Positions 12,930 to 25,869 of a stretch of 64,000 bases of DNA are shown here, in pieces (positions within the stretch are counted from its first letter, which is position 1; each line of letters begins with the position of its first letter). A program made the translations under genes and the position numbers. Under the pieces are notes generated by a model that was given only the letters and a program-made list of their open reading frames with translations, did no database searches and had not been told where the DNA came from. Origin of the DNA: Camelus ferus (lineage: Eukaryota); contig NC_045696.1 in NCBI RefSeq assembly GCF_009834535.1, positions 76,696,001 through 76,760,000 on the forward strand. Reading direction: 5' to 3'.

Positions 12930-13040
12930 CAGTGCCTCATTTGCAACGAGAATTACAGTGCAGATTTAACAGGGTTGCTATGAGGATTAACCAAAATCAT
13001 ACAAAGGCGTGACACACTCTGCAGATGTTAAATATTGTCA
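12930..13040 (+). mobile_element. MIR fragment
   Basis: cctcatttgca…acagggttgctatgaggattaa. Confidence 0.6.
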
Positions 13041-13634
13041 TTTGTCAGGGAAAGGCAAAGATTCTGGGACTGTGGCAGTGCTTATCTGTTGAGGGAAATA
13101 TGGATGCAATTACATAATGGTTTTGTTTCTGCAACTAATGTTTAATTAATTTGGATCCGTTAGTTTATTTACTAGGTTATGCTTTCTAGGGGTTACTGTT
13201 ATGCAAATTCAGTAGAATTTTGGGTTCCTACAAATCCAAACTATGTTATTGTCAGCCTCCCTTTATTACCCTTAGCTATCACTTATTCAAAGTCATTTAG
13301 CCAACTTCTTAAAAACTTTGATAATGGGAAAAAAATGAATCATGCTTATCGTCAAGATAGGTTAACCTAATTACTTATGGGACTTCAAATCAGTCTCCAT
13401 TAACAACTTCTCTGTGCATTTACTAAGACAGTGAGAACAGTAAATTACAAAATAATGACAATACATTTAGGATGAAATTAAAAATACATTTTGCATAAAT
13501 ACTCAAAATTATAAACCTACATGGAACGTCAAGACTGAGCTTAAAGACCTAAGAAGAATTAACATTAAGACATTTGAAATGTTTTGATGAGAACGTTAAG
13601 GTGACAGGTTATGTACTCTGATGATCTTGACACA

Positions 13635-13760
13635 GGAATTTTAGAATTGGAAGGAATATGGAGATAACCTTTAAACTTAACTGCTGTGTTATTTTTTGAT
13701 AGATGAAAAGGCTGAGGCCAGGAGATGGCAGGTGACTTACCCAAAGTGTAGCAGGTAAAA
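13635..13760 (-). mobile_element. MIR3/MIR fragment
   Basis: ttttagaattggaagga…gatagatgaaaaggctgaggccaggaga…gtgacttacccaaagt. Confidence 0.65.
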
Positions 13761-14559
13761 GTAAATAAATATTTAACAGCTGTTAATAAATATCAAGCCA
13801 GTGATACAAGACATGAATTTTAGAGAGCAGGGACTAGACCTGCAGTATATGCAGTAATGTTCCGTTGCTTCATAAGCTGAGTCAGTGAGAAAAGATCCAC
13901 GTACTAATATGTGGTCCTGGTTAATATTTTCTCCAATTAATTATTCACTGAGAGTATGTTGGGTAGTAGAAATCTGGTTCTGAAAGTAGTAATTTGAACA
14001 ACCTCGGGCAAATCTTGTGGTCTTTAAAATTCTGTTTTGTTTTGTTTTGTTTTTTAATTATGTAGTGGTAATAATTTGTATTGCCTATCTGGTTATCAAA
14101 AGGTATGTACAGAATTACGAAACTTAGAAAAGAACTGACTGATGGCCAAAATGTACATTTTGCATTAACAGCACCTGCTGGTAAAGGTGCTCAGTGTTGG
14201 GCCAAGTAAATGGCCATGACCTTGAGGAACTGACATGTTGGGAGATATCTTAACATTTGGCCTTGTTAATGTGGTGGTGGTCGTGGCGGTGACATGGTGA
14301 CAGCTGTCTAAGGTCCTTCGCCCTGTATCCTATAGCTCCCCACTGTTCGGAAACTACTAGCATTTCCTCTCCCTGGGTTCCCCTCAAAACACTTGTACAA
14401 TGATGGTTCCCTTACAGTGACAATTCAGTGTCCACAAAGATGGAGAAGGTCAGTGTCAGTCAAATGACTGTAAGAAAGATCTACTTAAAAACCCACTGAT
14501 TTTGATACGTTAGCAGCAATCAGCTTGGGATCTTTCTCTCTCCCTTTCACTTTTACTGG

Positions 14560-14730
14560 AGTGGTTCTCAAGCAGAGGGCTTCTTACACTGCCCTGGAGG
14601 CACTGGGGAACAGGCAGGCTGTCGTCACAGTGACTGGATGACGCAGAGCGTGTAGTTAGTACTGACATCCTGCAACGTGCCGTAAAGTCTTCAGCAGGAA
14701 GAAGCGGCCCCTCCCGCAGTGGGGAGCAGC
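14560..14730. mobile_element. MER20-like hAT-Charlie element, degenerate
   Basis: agtggttctcaa start, then gtcacagtgactgg…acatcctgcaacgtgc. Confidence 0.45.
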
Positions 14731-15952
14731 TGCATCTCTCTGAAGAGTGTCACGACAGTCCTGAACCTAAAGCCCAGGGCTTTTCGGGGTTCTGCTCTAC
14801 CCAAATCCTAGGATTTACCACACGCTGTCAGAATTACTCCTCTTCCTTCATGTATTTTGGGGCTGCTCATGTCCCTTGTTACCTTCTCCAAGGTCCTTTA
14901 AATGTCCCCACACCACACTAATCTATTTGGACAAAGTATGTATCTAAATTGGGGTATTAAAAATAATGGAATGAAGAAAACAAAACCAAGACTCTGTTCC
15001 TTTTTCTAATTACCTAAAGACTATGCATACGTTGATTTACCTTTTCTGTGAAAGAATGCCCTGTTACAAATCAAGATATGGAGTAATTTCAGTTTGTGTT
15101 AGGGGAAAAGGGTATTTTTTTTCCCCACGCATTCTCTTTTTATTATTATTTTACTGTTTTCCAGAAAGGAGAAAATAAACAGCAGTAAATACTCACATGC
15201 ATTTGAAAGGTTTTATTTCTCCTAAAATTACACGTTTTGTGGTTTTTAATTGTCAGGTTCAATATTGCAGCATACTAAATTCTTCGTCTTTTTCAGAAAA
15301 GGCAGTGATCACTGAACGCAGCCCCTCTGCGCACGCCTGCCGTCTGGCTCACGCCGGCAGCTGTCTGAGGCACAGCACTTCCTGCCGCGGCACTTGTAAC
15401 GTGTTTATGTGCATATTAATGAAACTCAACAACTTCTCTATTTTAACTTAAACACTTCGCCGCCACTTCAGCTGATTATGGCCTTGGATAATTGCCACAG
15501 TGAATCTTGTATTTAGTGGAAACAAAATACATTGATGACAAACATGTTTCCTATCAAAAGGCAGAAAAATGGATCTGAGTTCAGATTGTGCGGTAAAGAC
15601 AAGTATGTAAACTCATTAGACAGGATGCAAATTTTCAGAGCCTTGGAACGATGATGAGGACCGCTTCCAGTGCCAGTGCGAGGGAAGAGGCAGCGTCAGG
15701 CCTCATTATTGTAAGAGCTTGACTAGAAAATAGATTTTTTTCACGGTGTGCTTGTGTGGAGGTGAATATCAAATTATCTAGCCCCTGGGAGGTGATGAAG
15801 TGAGTGCCCAGAGGCTGTGGTGCAGCAGCTAACAGCCTAGAATCACTGTGATCAGGGTTGTCCCTCCTTGTGTCTGCTTTGCACGCTGCCCAGCGGAGGA
15901 CTGAACCAGTCATTTAAGGCCATGGGTTTCCTCTTTATACTGGCTAGGTGGC

Positions 15953-16272
15953 TGGCTTGGTCTGTTCCAGTTGCTACAACAATAATACCATAGACAGGGT
16001 GGCTTCAACAGCAAACGTTTACTTCTCACAGCTTTGGAGGCCGAGCTAGCCAAGATCAAGGTGCTGGCTGACCCCCTGCCTGGTGAGGGCCCGGCGCCTG
16101 CTTCCTGAATGGCGTCGTCTTGCTGTGTCCACCCACGGGGGAAGCGGCAAGGAAGTGCTCTGGAGTCTCCTTTAGAAAGGCACTAATCCCATTCACAAGG
16201 ATTCTACTTTCATGACCGAATCACCTTTCAACGTATGCGTTTTGGGGAGACACAAACATTCAGTTTAAAGCA
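15953..16272 (-). mobile_element. MLT1A-type LTR
   Basis: ataccatagacagggtggctt…tctcacagctttggaggc…caagatcaaggtgctggc…ggcactaatcccattca…gacacaaacattcag. Confidence 0.9.
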
Positions 16273-16463
16273 GTGGATTTACAGTTTAAAAAATAATTCA
16301 GTTTTCACTTATCATGCACCTAACCTCAGTTAAATGTTCTGCAAATGAAGGTGTCTTAATGCAAACCAAGCCTCTGGGACCACAATACTGGAGGGCAGAG
16401 AGAGGGACAAACACGGAAGCTAACTCCTAATTATCTCTGAAGCCCTACCAGAGAAGTGACTTA

Positions 16464-16936
16464 TGTGATAGGCCAAACAATGACTCGCCAAAAGACACCA
16501 CGTCCTAACCCTCAGAACATGTTCATGTTGCCTTATACGACAAAGACCCAGAAGTTGGCAGATATGATTAAAGATGTTGAAGCGGGGAGATTATCCTGGA
16601 TCCTCCAAGTGGGTGCAAGGTGCCATCAGGTGTCTCCTTATTAAAGGAAGGCAGAAGGAGGCTGGACACAGGAGAAGGCGGCAGTGTGACTGTGGAAGGG
16701 GAGGATGGAGTGATGTGACCACAGGCCAAAGCCAGCCGGCAACTTCCAGAAGCAGAAAGAAGCCAGGAAAGGGTTTTCCCGAAGAGGCTGCAGAGTGCGG
16801 CGCTGCTGACACCCAATTTCAGCCCAGGTAGACTGCCTTCTGACTTCTGGCCTCTGGGACTGTGAGAGAATATGTTTTGGTTGTTTTGGGTCACCCAGTT
16901 TGTAGTCATTTGTTTTAACGATGCTAGTAAACACAT
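16464..16936 (+). mobile_element. MLT1C/D LTR
   Basis: ggggagattatcctggat…ggagtgatgtgaccac…ttctgacttctggcctc…actgtgagagaata. Confidence 0.9.
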
Positions 16937-17407
16937 CCAAGCTTCCTTCAGCCAGGCTCCCTGACTCGTCAGTTGGGGCTGGATGCCCGTCTGAGGTTTG
17001 GCAGCTCCCGGTGCTTAGTGATTTCTTCTGCAGGGTCTTTTGCCCGTGGATGGAGGCTCTCTGAGTGTAGGGACCCCCATCAGTCTTGTTTTTATAGCCC
17101 CAGAGCCCTCCACTGGGCTTGGCACCTGAAATGTACCTTATTTTTAAACTGAGAAATTTAAATTTGTTGACATCTTGTTCCTTAAACTTCCAATATTTAA
17201 AAACTGGCATCTTAGTTTTCTAGAAGGCGTATCTGTCTCATATTAGCTGTGAAGGGCCAGTTCCCAGAGTCTCCCAAGCAAGTTGCAGCTTTAAAAAAAA
17301 CAAAAAACAAAAAAACAGCCTGTTGGAAATGTGTTGGAAATGAGCTTATGTTTACAGAAGAACTGACATTTGGGAAATAATTCTATACTAAATTAAAATT
17401 CCAAAGG

Positions 17408-17881
17408 TGTTGACAGGGTTCGGTACATGCTGCCCTACAGTATGGCACCCTGGTATTTGAGGTTTGACGCTGAAGGAATGTGAGAAACGGAAAGCGCTGG
17501 AAGGACTCTCCGGCTGCCCTTTTCTCCCCTGAAGCAGGTCAGAAGACCCTCACCAGAGAGGTGCCCTCCCTGTGCCTGCAGGAAAACAGCATCCTATCTC
17601 CAGAGGAATATGAACAAACGGGCTGTGCTGTTAGCACACGGGCTTTCATGTGATCACATTTTCCCAGAATTTTCCACTCTTCATCAAACCCAGTGTAACT
17701 TCACTCAGGTGTGGCCGGTTCTCAAATCTCCATTCCTCACAAAGGCTCTTGTGTCATATAAATCATGTATGAAATACATTTGTATGCTTTGCTGTTGTTA
17801 ATCTGTCTTTGGGTAGACAGCCCAGCCCAGAACCTACTCCAGAAGGGTAGAAGGAAAAAGAACACTTTCCCCTCCCCTCCA
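17408..17881 (+). mobile_element. MER34/MER39-family ERV1 LTR
   Basis: catgctgccctacagtatggcacc…ttctcccctgaagcaggtc…gagaggtgccctccct…gttaatctgtcttt…cctcccctcca. Confidence 0.75.
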
Positions 17882-18346
17882 GGGTAAAGAAGTAAACTTC
17901 TTAAGTTTGAGAAGTACGACTGTACATATGCCCGTATGATTTAAAGTTTCTTGGTTTGGTTTTCTGACTGGGTCTCTCTGTCTCCTTCTCCCTTTCATGT
18001 GCCATCACCACAGAGGTAGAGTGCGGCCCTGATAGAGGTTCGAACTCTTCAGAGTGTAGACCCCTCTGCCTTCCCAGCCTCCCCTCCCGCTGCACACTGA
18101 TGGATGGCTTCTCCACTGCAAACACACACCTGGCCACTCCCTGGGCACAGCGTGGCGTCTTGTCTAGTTTTGCTGCTCCTGCTCTTCTTCACAAGATGCT
18201 TTCTCTACGTTCAAGGCTTTTTTCTCTCATCTCTGCGTACTACACATCCCTTATCCTAGAATCTGAGCAAGTGCCACTTTGAAGCTCCCCACATTAGTGT
18301 TGAATGATTCATCAGAAATCTGACCACACTTAGCTTTATCATTTTT

Positions 18347-18540
18347 TTATTTTTGTCTTTGTAACCATTTTTAAATTGACATGTAGTCAGTTTACAGTGT
18401 TGTGTCAGTTTCTGGTGTACAGCATAATGTTTCAGTCATACATATACATATATATTCGTTTTCATATTCTTTTTCATTATAGGTTACTGTAAGGTATTGA
18501 ACATAGTTCCCTGTGCTGTACAGTATAAGCTTGTTTATTT
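18347..18540 (-). mobile_element. Short lineage-specific L1 3' end
   Basis: agtcagtttacagtgttgtgtcagtttctggtgtacagcat…agttccctgtgctgtacag, with approximate TSD tttatcat(t/g)tttt at 18335 and 18538. Confidence 0.9.
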
Positions 18541-19291
18541 ATCATGTTTTACTTCACTGAATGGTGGGAATCTTTTCATGCATGGATTATGTGTCTTCTC
18601 ATCTCATGCAGAAATGGAGGTAGAAAGGTTGTTCTGTTACGCTGCTTGTGATAGATGGCCAACAAATATTGTACAATAAATAACACCCAGCAACGACTTG
18701 AACAATCTAAGGTTACTTCCGAAGGGCTCAGTGGGATTGTCTGATTGAAATGTTGAGTAGTTGATCTCATAGGATGAAGCATCCACATTAGGGGTCACTG
18801 GAATTTACTTAAAGTTTTTTTTTTCCCCCAAGTCTGACCTGAGCTTACTTAATATTTTTGTAACAAAATAATCACATTCAACTGATAAAAGAGCCTTGAC
18901 TTTGGGGAATGTGCCAAAGTCAGGCCATGTTTTTGTCGTTGCCTTGTTGCAACCCTGGGGTCCAGAAGGCACCTGTGGTGACAGCTGAAGGGAATGGATA
19001 TTGTCACCATCAGTCATTACAGGAAGCGGGAAATTCTGAGACAGTGGGAGGTGGGCACTGGTGAAGGAAGGACTTCCTGACTCCCTGGGACTGGAGTGAG
19101 CTGGACCCAAACTCCCAGGCCTGCAGAAGCCTCAAATGGTTTTAGGAGGGCAGCTGAGCTGCAGCTGCCTTCCGAGGTGTGCAGGGGACAGCAGCCAGAG
19201 CAAGCCTCTGCTTTCTGGCCGCGCTGCACTAGGACAGGGAGGTGGTGCTCAGCGTCTGAACGTGAGCTCATCATGTGTCACCCATTACATC

Positions 19292-19802
19292 TGTAACCTG
19301 CCTTCACTGATCCAGCTCCTCCCATTGTTTTTTTTACAAAAAAACGTGCACGTCCTCTGAACCCCGTGTAGCCTAGATAATAAGATGTTTGCCTCGATTG
19401 TTTTTAAGAACCTAGAATCAGCTGTGTCCAGCTGGAGTTCCACCCGATTATGACGGGCTAAGACCGCCGACCCTCCGACTGGGCATGTGCGAGTGTCCGC
19501 TTGGTGACCTTCTGACGTCAGACGGCCGAAGCTCCACCCTCGGAACGTGCTAACGGCTACGCTCTGAGCACGTCCCCCGTGAGGAGGCTCGTAGCTTAGC
19601 TGTACCTGCTCAGGGCGGTGGTCACCTCAGCTTTTCCCTGCCTCCCATTACCTTTCCGCACGCTCCCTCCCCACGCCTCGGCTTCATCACGTAAATGCCT
19701 GGAGCGGAGCCCGAGGCTCAGGCCAACGGAGCTCCTCGCTTGGCTGCAAACTTTGAGGTCTGGCTTGCTGCGCACTCGGCGGCCAGACCGGGCTCGGCAG
19801 CA
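19292..19802 (+). mobile_element. ERV1 solo LTR (MER89/MER90/MER110-like), CpG-rich
   Basis: TG…CA ends, 4-bp TSD catc/cgtc, and family motif gaccttctgacgtcaga…ctccaccctcggaacgtgctaa. Confidence 0.75.
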
Positions 19803-20199
19803 CGTCTCACACAGCCAGTACCCGGGGAGATGCTGGTAAGCCTCCGGGTCCCAAGATATTCTGGTTTTGGGCTTCATCAGTCATGGTGGGAGTAACTTGG
19901 GGTATAAATGAACAGTCGTGGGGATTTGAGGACATGGGGGAAGGGACCTGGGAATGACCTAACTTTCTGCCTATCTGGGTTTACTAGGCCTTAAAGTTGG
20001 CACACTTTGAGAACTAATTTGTTTACTCTAAGCTAGTAAAGATGGATATTTGCCCCAATGCAGTTGGTAGGACTGTACAGTTTTCCTATGGGCTTAGCCC
20101 ACTTTCCAAATTCCTTCCCGCAGTAGCAGTAGCCAGATGATCCCCTCTGGTGTTTCCTTTTCCTCTCCCAACACCCAGACAGCACCCAGTTAGTAGCCT

Positions 20200-21940
20200 A
20201 GGTTGGAATCTGAGCGGGTGGGTTGTGAGTAGGATTATTATGTTGAGTGCTCTCTGAGAAAGAAGCTGCTGTCTTTGGACTTTGTTTTTCCCCTCTCTGT
20301 GGGCTGGTATCGCTGTAGTTTCAACCATGGCCGCTCAGCTTCAACCACGAAGGGCAGAGCCCTCGGGTAATGCAGAACGACCAGATGAAAGAGCCGGGGC
20401 TCCTGCAGAAGGGACAGGCCCCCCAGGCTGTTTCAGGAGAGGGATGGAAGATAGTCTTCCTGAAGCCACTTATTTTTGCTGCCTTGTTTTAGCCGCGTCA
20501 TTCTTATTCTGATTAATACAGATATTGGTACTTATCACAAAAACCTAATAGAGGCAGGAATGCCCTGGGTGTTTGACAGTGGGCAATGCAAAAAAGAGAA
20601 ATTTCAGATTTTCGGAAGCTGATAAACTTTGTAATGTCAAGGCAATATATGGTAAGATTGTCTTCTCCAGTTATTGGAAGACAGACCCCATGTCTGTTCA
20701 ATCATTAGCCTAGAAAAAACAGTTGGAAAGAGCCAGATTATTTGTATATTGGCTACTTTTGCTGCTTTCCACAGGTGGTTATTAGAAAGAAATGAGCCCA
20801 GGAGAAATGGCCAGTTTGCAGGAGGAGCTGGAAGATAATAGAACCCTACGTGGTTGGAAAAACCAACTGTTCTTAAATCCCACAAAGGCAGAAAATAAAC
20901 TGTTACTAAGGGCGTTCTTCAAAGTCCTCCCATTAAAAGATTCTCAACCAAAACACGGGGAATTAGACCTAGCAACAAAGATCAGGTCGTCTACTGGGTC
21001 AGATGGACTCAAGGGAGTTACCTTTTAAGTGGGGAGAGACTGATGGCTGAGCTCTGAAGCCAGGAAGTAAAACAGGCTTAAGAAATAATGTCCAGTAAAG
21101 AATTCTAGGTGGTTACTGACACATTAAATCAGAGCAGAATCAAACAGATCAGAGACCTGTCATGCATTTGAGCAAATTTTATTGCCAAACAAAGCACAGA
21201 CCTATGATGGTTCGATTTTCCTGTAATCCTCAGGCTCCTAAAGCTGTACTGGTAGGAAGCAGTCTGAAAGGAACTGGGCATCCTTGAAGGAGGGCTCAGG
21301 AAATAAATATCTCCAACTCAGATGTGGCCATGGGGGACAAGGGACAAGGAAGAACCACTGAGGCAAAGCCACAGGCTAAGGGGACAGTGGACAAAGAAAG
21401 GCCTCCTAGAAACCAGAACTAAAGTCTAACCATGAAAATACTCCACTGCCAGGGCCAGTCCTATTATAAGCACTGCCCAGCGAGATTATATCATTGCTAA
21501 GGACCAGTGACTGCTGTGCATTTGCTTCTCTGTTCTGAGAAGAAATGACGATTGTGCACATTGTCTTATCCACCATTGTTTATTGAGGTTGTGGTGGGTA
21601 CAGAGGTGGATCGGTGGGGCTTGGGGGAGGGAATGAGCTGGTAACTTGTTGACTAGGAGACACATCCAGATCTGGTGGGAAAGGCTGCGGATTGCCCGGG
21701 TATCTTGGACTTTAAGCTGGGTGCAGTAGCAGGATAGGACCTTAACCCGTCTCCTGTACTGTAGGGGTAAGTGTACTCTGCGAAGGAAGAAAAGGGTACG
21801 TGCAGATACTGGGGTGATCGGAGGGGTGGGCTTTGGGAAGTTGCTACGTATCCCCCTGCTCTCTTTCCAGGTAGGTGTGGATGTGTGACTAATTTTTGGC
21901 AAATAGGAAGTGAGCTGAAGTGGTATGTATAACTCGGAGA
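20200..21940 (+). mobile_element. MLT1J/H-like MaLR element: 5' LTR, internal region and partial 3' LTR
   Basis: LTR end aataca (20520) is followed by gatattggtac, the MaLR-int start. Internal motifs include ggaccagtgactgctgtg and tggactttaagctgg. A purine tract at ~21811-21830 precedes LTR-like tgtgtgactaatttttggcaaataggaagtgagctgaagtg. Confidence 0.7.
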
Positions 21941-22051
21941 TGATATGCAACTTAAAGACAAGCTCATTCCTCTGAATTTTGGCTCATCCCCGCCTCCTGT
22001 GGGTTGTAATAGGGATGTTAGGGCAACAGCTGTCAACAATGCAGACGAGGA

Positions 22052-22582
22052 TGTGGGGGAGGAAAACATTGTCCTCTCCCCTTCCAGCTTCTTCTGGCTG
22101 GTCTAAGAGTTAAACTGACATGAGACAGATTAACAGAAGACAGACGAAAGTAGCTGAATAACGTGTACATGGGCGAGACCTAGGGAAATCTGAGTAGCTC
22201 ATCGAAATGGCCGAAACTCACCTTAAATACCAAGTACAAATGATGTTGTGGGTAGTGGTTTGAGACTTCAAAGGGGAGGAAGGTGGTTTACATGGACGAG
22301 GAAGAGCAAATGTTTGGACAGATGTTTGCTGGGCCATACAGAGACGAGGAGACACGGAGTGGACTTTGATCTTAAGAGTTTCCACACCACACCCATCCCG
22401 TATTCTTTGCAGATATTTCTGGTGATAGCTCTACCCCAGGAACAGGCCCTTTATAGACCTTCTTTCAGACAGTTAAGGGGGAGGTAACGAGAAAAACTTC
22501 CCGAGTCTTGTCTTTCTTAAAATAATCAGCCTAAGTTCATCCTCATGACAGACTTGGAGGTGGCGGACCTTGCTCCCCTACA
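22052..22582 (-). mobile_element. ERV1 LTR (MER34/LTR39-like)
   Basis: tgtgggggagg…cccctaca ends, and ttaaactgacatgagacagattaacag…cttaaaataatcagcc. Confidence 0.75.
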
Positions 22583-22744
22583 ACTTCATGTGTAAATGTT
22601 CATTGCGTGAGCACGTGAGAACTATCCTGGATTATACGTGACTAGTTGTCATTCTTATCAAGAGTTACATGTCCAGGTTACCTGAGACCAGGGTGCTTTC
22701 CTCAGTGTTACCTGGGTGGCCATTGCCAGGGATTACAGGAGGTG

Positions 22745-23070
22745 GGTGTCAGTCTGTTCGGGCTGCTGGAACAGCACACCACAGAATGGGGTGCTTATAG
22801 GCAGCAGGAACTTACTCCTCACAGTTCTGGAGGCTGGAAGTCTGAGAAGAGGGTACCAGGTACCAGCTAACCTGGTCAAATGAGGACCCTCTTCTGGGTT
22901 GTGTCCTTCTGGGGCAGAAGGGTCTGTGTGGCCCCCCTTTTATAAGGGCGCTAGTCCCATGCATGAAGGCAGAGGCCTCATCTCCTAATGCCATCACTTT
23001 GAAAGTTAGGCTCCCACCATATGAATTTGGCCGGGGCAGGAGGGTGGTGGCAAATACTCAGACCATAGCC
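22745..23070 (-). mobile_element. MLT1A-type LTR
   Basis: tcagtctgttcgggctgct…ctcacagttctggaggctggaagtctgaga…tataagggcgctagtcccat…tcagaccatagc. Confidence 0.9.
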
Positions 23071-24869
23071 CTAGGTGATCATGCTTGGACGTGACTCTGA
23101 AAGCCTGTTTGGGGAGTGTTAGGACAATACAGAATGTTGAAGAGGCGAAACTGTCTATAGTTCTTACCATGCGTCTCATGCATTACTATTCCTGTAGCTT
23201 TCCCAGCCCTTTTTCCTTTCAGCGATCTTAATTTAGTTCCTAGGGAGTCCTCCTGCCCGTCTAAGTAATTTGCAGGCATAATGGAACAGACCAATGTGAG
23301 ATCCCCTTTAAACCCCAGACCCTCCAAAATGTATCAGATGTTATTAAGAAGTCTGCTTGTGCTGGCTCTCTGGATAAAAGTGTCCCACAAATGTCTTCCC
23401 ATGGGCGCTGAGCACTGATGGTGATAGTTATAAACCTGGTTGCTGACAGAGACATCAGTAGGTTGCCGTCTAAAAATGCTTCCTGATTTAAATGTCTGTG
23501 CCCATCTACTCCTGTTACTGGCAAGGAGGTTGCCTGTTGCTGGAAATCATAGGGAAGTGGGCGGGCTGGCTGTGTGGGATCTACCAGAACGCTGTGCACC
23601 TCACTTCTCCTTTCCCCGGAGCGCCTCTAGCGCTTGGTTCTTGCCTTTGCTCTTTGCTGAGAGAGGATGACATGGCTTAGTCTCCGACCGACGAGACTCT
23701 CCTCCAGTGTGTGATGATGGTGACCCGGAATGAACGCTAGGCCCACGTCAAATCGCCCTTCTGTAGGTGACTCCAGTCGGTAATCCTTGCCCCGAGTGTG
23801 AAAGAAAATCGTGGAGTATCTAAACGTTTCTCATTGTGTTTCTAGTTGTTCTAATTCTGTAACAACCCCATATGATCTTGCCTTTGACAGAAGATTCCAG
23901 TGATCGGATTCCAAAAGAATTGGAATTTGGATTACTCCTGTCACCTTGGATTTCCCCCCAAGCAGAGTTTTAGGATGGGGCTGTGAACTTTTGAATCGGA
24001 CCAGACTGCTGCTCTTTCCCATGCACTGGGTTTACCCCTGTTCTCCCAGCATTTGGCTCCTTGGCCATCTCTGCTTCTGTTTTCATTGCTTCTGTTCTGG
24101 AGAAGAGAATTTGTGGAGGTGCCAACTGCTCATCATTTGTTTGGGTGCACATCCCCCTCTGACACTTCTTTTTTTTCTTTCCAAATACACGATCTGTATG
24201 ATCATTTTGTATTATGCCCCAAGTCTTTGGATGACATAATTTTTATGCTCACATGCAAACAAGCATCATTCAGTAATAAAAAGTGGTAGATGTGTACTCA
24301 AATCAAAAGCTTTGATAATTATACAATCTTTAAACTAATTAATGAGCCAAAGGCAGCTAAACACTAGCATTTAGAAAGATCTCTCCAGCATTAGCTACTA
24401 ATGAGTTCATCTAGATCCAACATGCAATCCGTTTTGGAAAGCACAGACCATATTTAATCATATTCAATCAGATCTGATGTTGAAATTATGAACACAAGGC
24501 ATTGTTGAGTGTGAAATTACCATAGAATTTTAATTGTTAAACACATTTCTTGTTGGTCCTCCTAGATGAATGATAATTTGACGAAGTAGGTAATCTGTAT
24601 ACAGTGGGCCATTTATAGAGTCATAAGAATTCTGAGGTGTCCTGATTTGCGTTGATCATCCACATACAAATTCTCAATTCATTTGCCTCAGCTGCTTCAG
24701 AGCTTCTACCAGCCTCGGGCAAGAGTGACGGTGCACTTTTGGACTTTTTCTTCCCCTTGAGTCTATAATTCCTTTTTTTTAGAGGATTAGAAAATTTTAG
24801 AAATGTATTTTAGAAATTGATACCATAAAAATTTTTAAAAATAGAAATGTAATAATAATACAAAAATAT

Positions 24870-25790
24870 TCCCTGCCCCGACTCAGCTTCTTTTCAGCCA
24901 TGACCTGAGCTCTTACTGTGACTTCTAACATTGTTGAAGACTTTTGCCTGTTTTTGTACTTCATATAAATGGAATCATATAGTATATATTTTTTTTGGAG
25001 GGCTGCTCTGGCGTCTTCTGCTTCACATTATGTTTGTAATATTTATTCATATGGTTTCATGTCATAGGTCACATGTGTCTTATTCCTGTGTAATGCTCCA
25101 GTGGGTGGACGGCCCATGATTTACTTATCTTCCGCTGGAGGACGTTTGTCTAGTTTCCAGTTTCCAGCTGTTATGAAATGTGCTACTCAGAACATTCTAG
25201 TACATGGTTTGCTTGTTGTTTGTGTTTATACTTAGTTTTGGTAAAATACATATAAGATAAAAATTACTATATTAACCATTTTTAAGGGTACAAGTCAGTC
25301 GTGTTAAGGACGTTCCTGTGGTTGTGCAACCTTTCTCAAGAACTCTTCATCTTGCAGAACCAAAACTCTGTATCCACTAAACAACAACCCCCAGCCCACT
25401 CCTCCTCCTGCCCCTGGCAACCGCCATTCTACTTTGTTTTTATGAGTTAGACCCTTCTAGGTACCTATTCCAGAGCGGAATCACACAGTGTTTCTTTTTG
25501 TGTCTGCCCTATTTCATTTCTCAGAACATCCTCAGGGTTCATCCATGTTCTAGCAGGTGTCAGGATTTCCTTCCCTCTTCAGGCTGACTGTTTCACTGTG
25601 TATAGACTACATCCTGGTACATGTTTCTGATGAACAGGTGTACATATTTACGATGGGAGAATAGGTAGTTGGCGTCACAGAATATGCAAGGATGCAGCTT
25701 TAAATTTTGCCAAACAATTTTTCACAGTTGTACAAATTTACACTCTGATCAGACATGTGTAAACTAGGTACCTTTTAGTGCAATTAAATA
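24870..25790 (-). mobile_element. Old L1 fragment with a nested L1MB-like 3' end (~25210-25608)
   Basis: catataaatggaatcata and ttaaccatttttaagggtaca. Degenerate TSD acattctagtacatggttt (25192) / acatcctggtacatgtttc (25609). Confidence 0.8.
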
Positions 25791-25869
25791 GTTTCTTCTA
25801 GCTATGTACACTACAACGGCCAGACGCCACACAGAATTGTACTGAGTTATTTTCCTTTTTAAAACTCGT

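Noticed and set aside
16568..17210. Cluster of overlapping ORFs up to 189 aa
   Set aside because: They lie largely within an MLT1 LTR, where stop-poor GC-balanced sequence gives chance ORFs.
23891..23985. Coding exon after tttgacAG (EDSSDRIPKELEFGLLL…)
   Set aside because: The frame reaches a stop with no good donor, and the peptide is not recognised.
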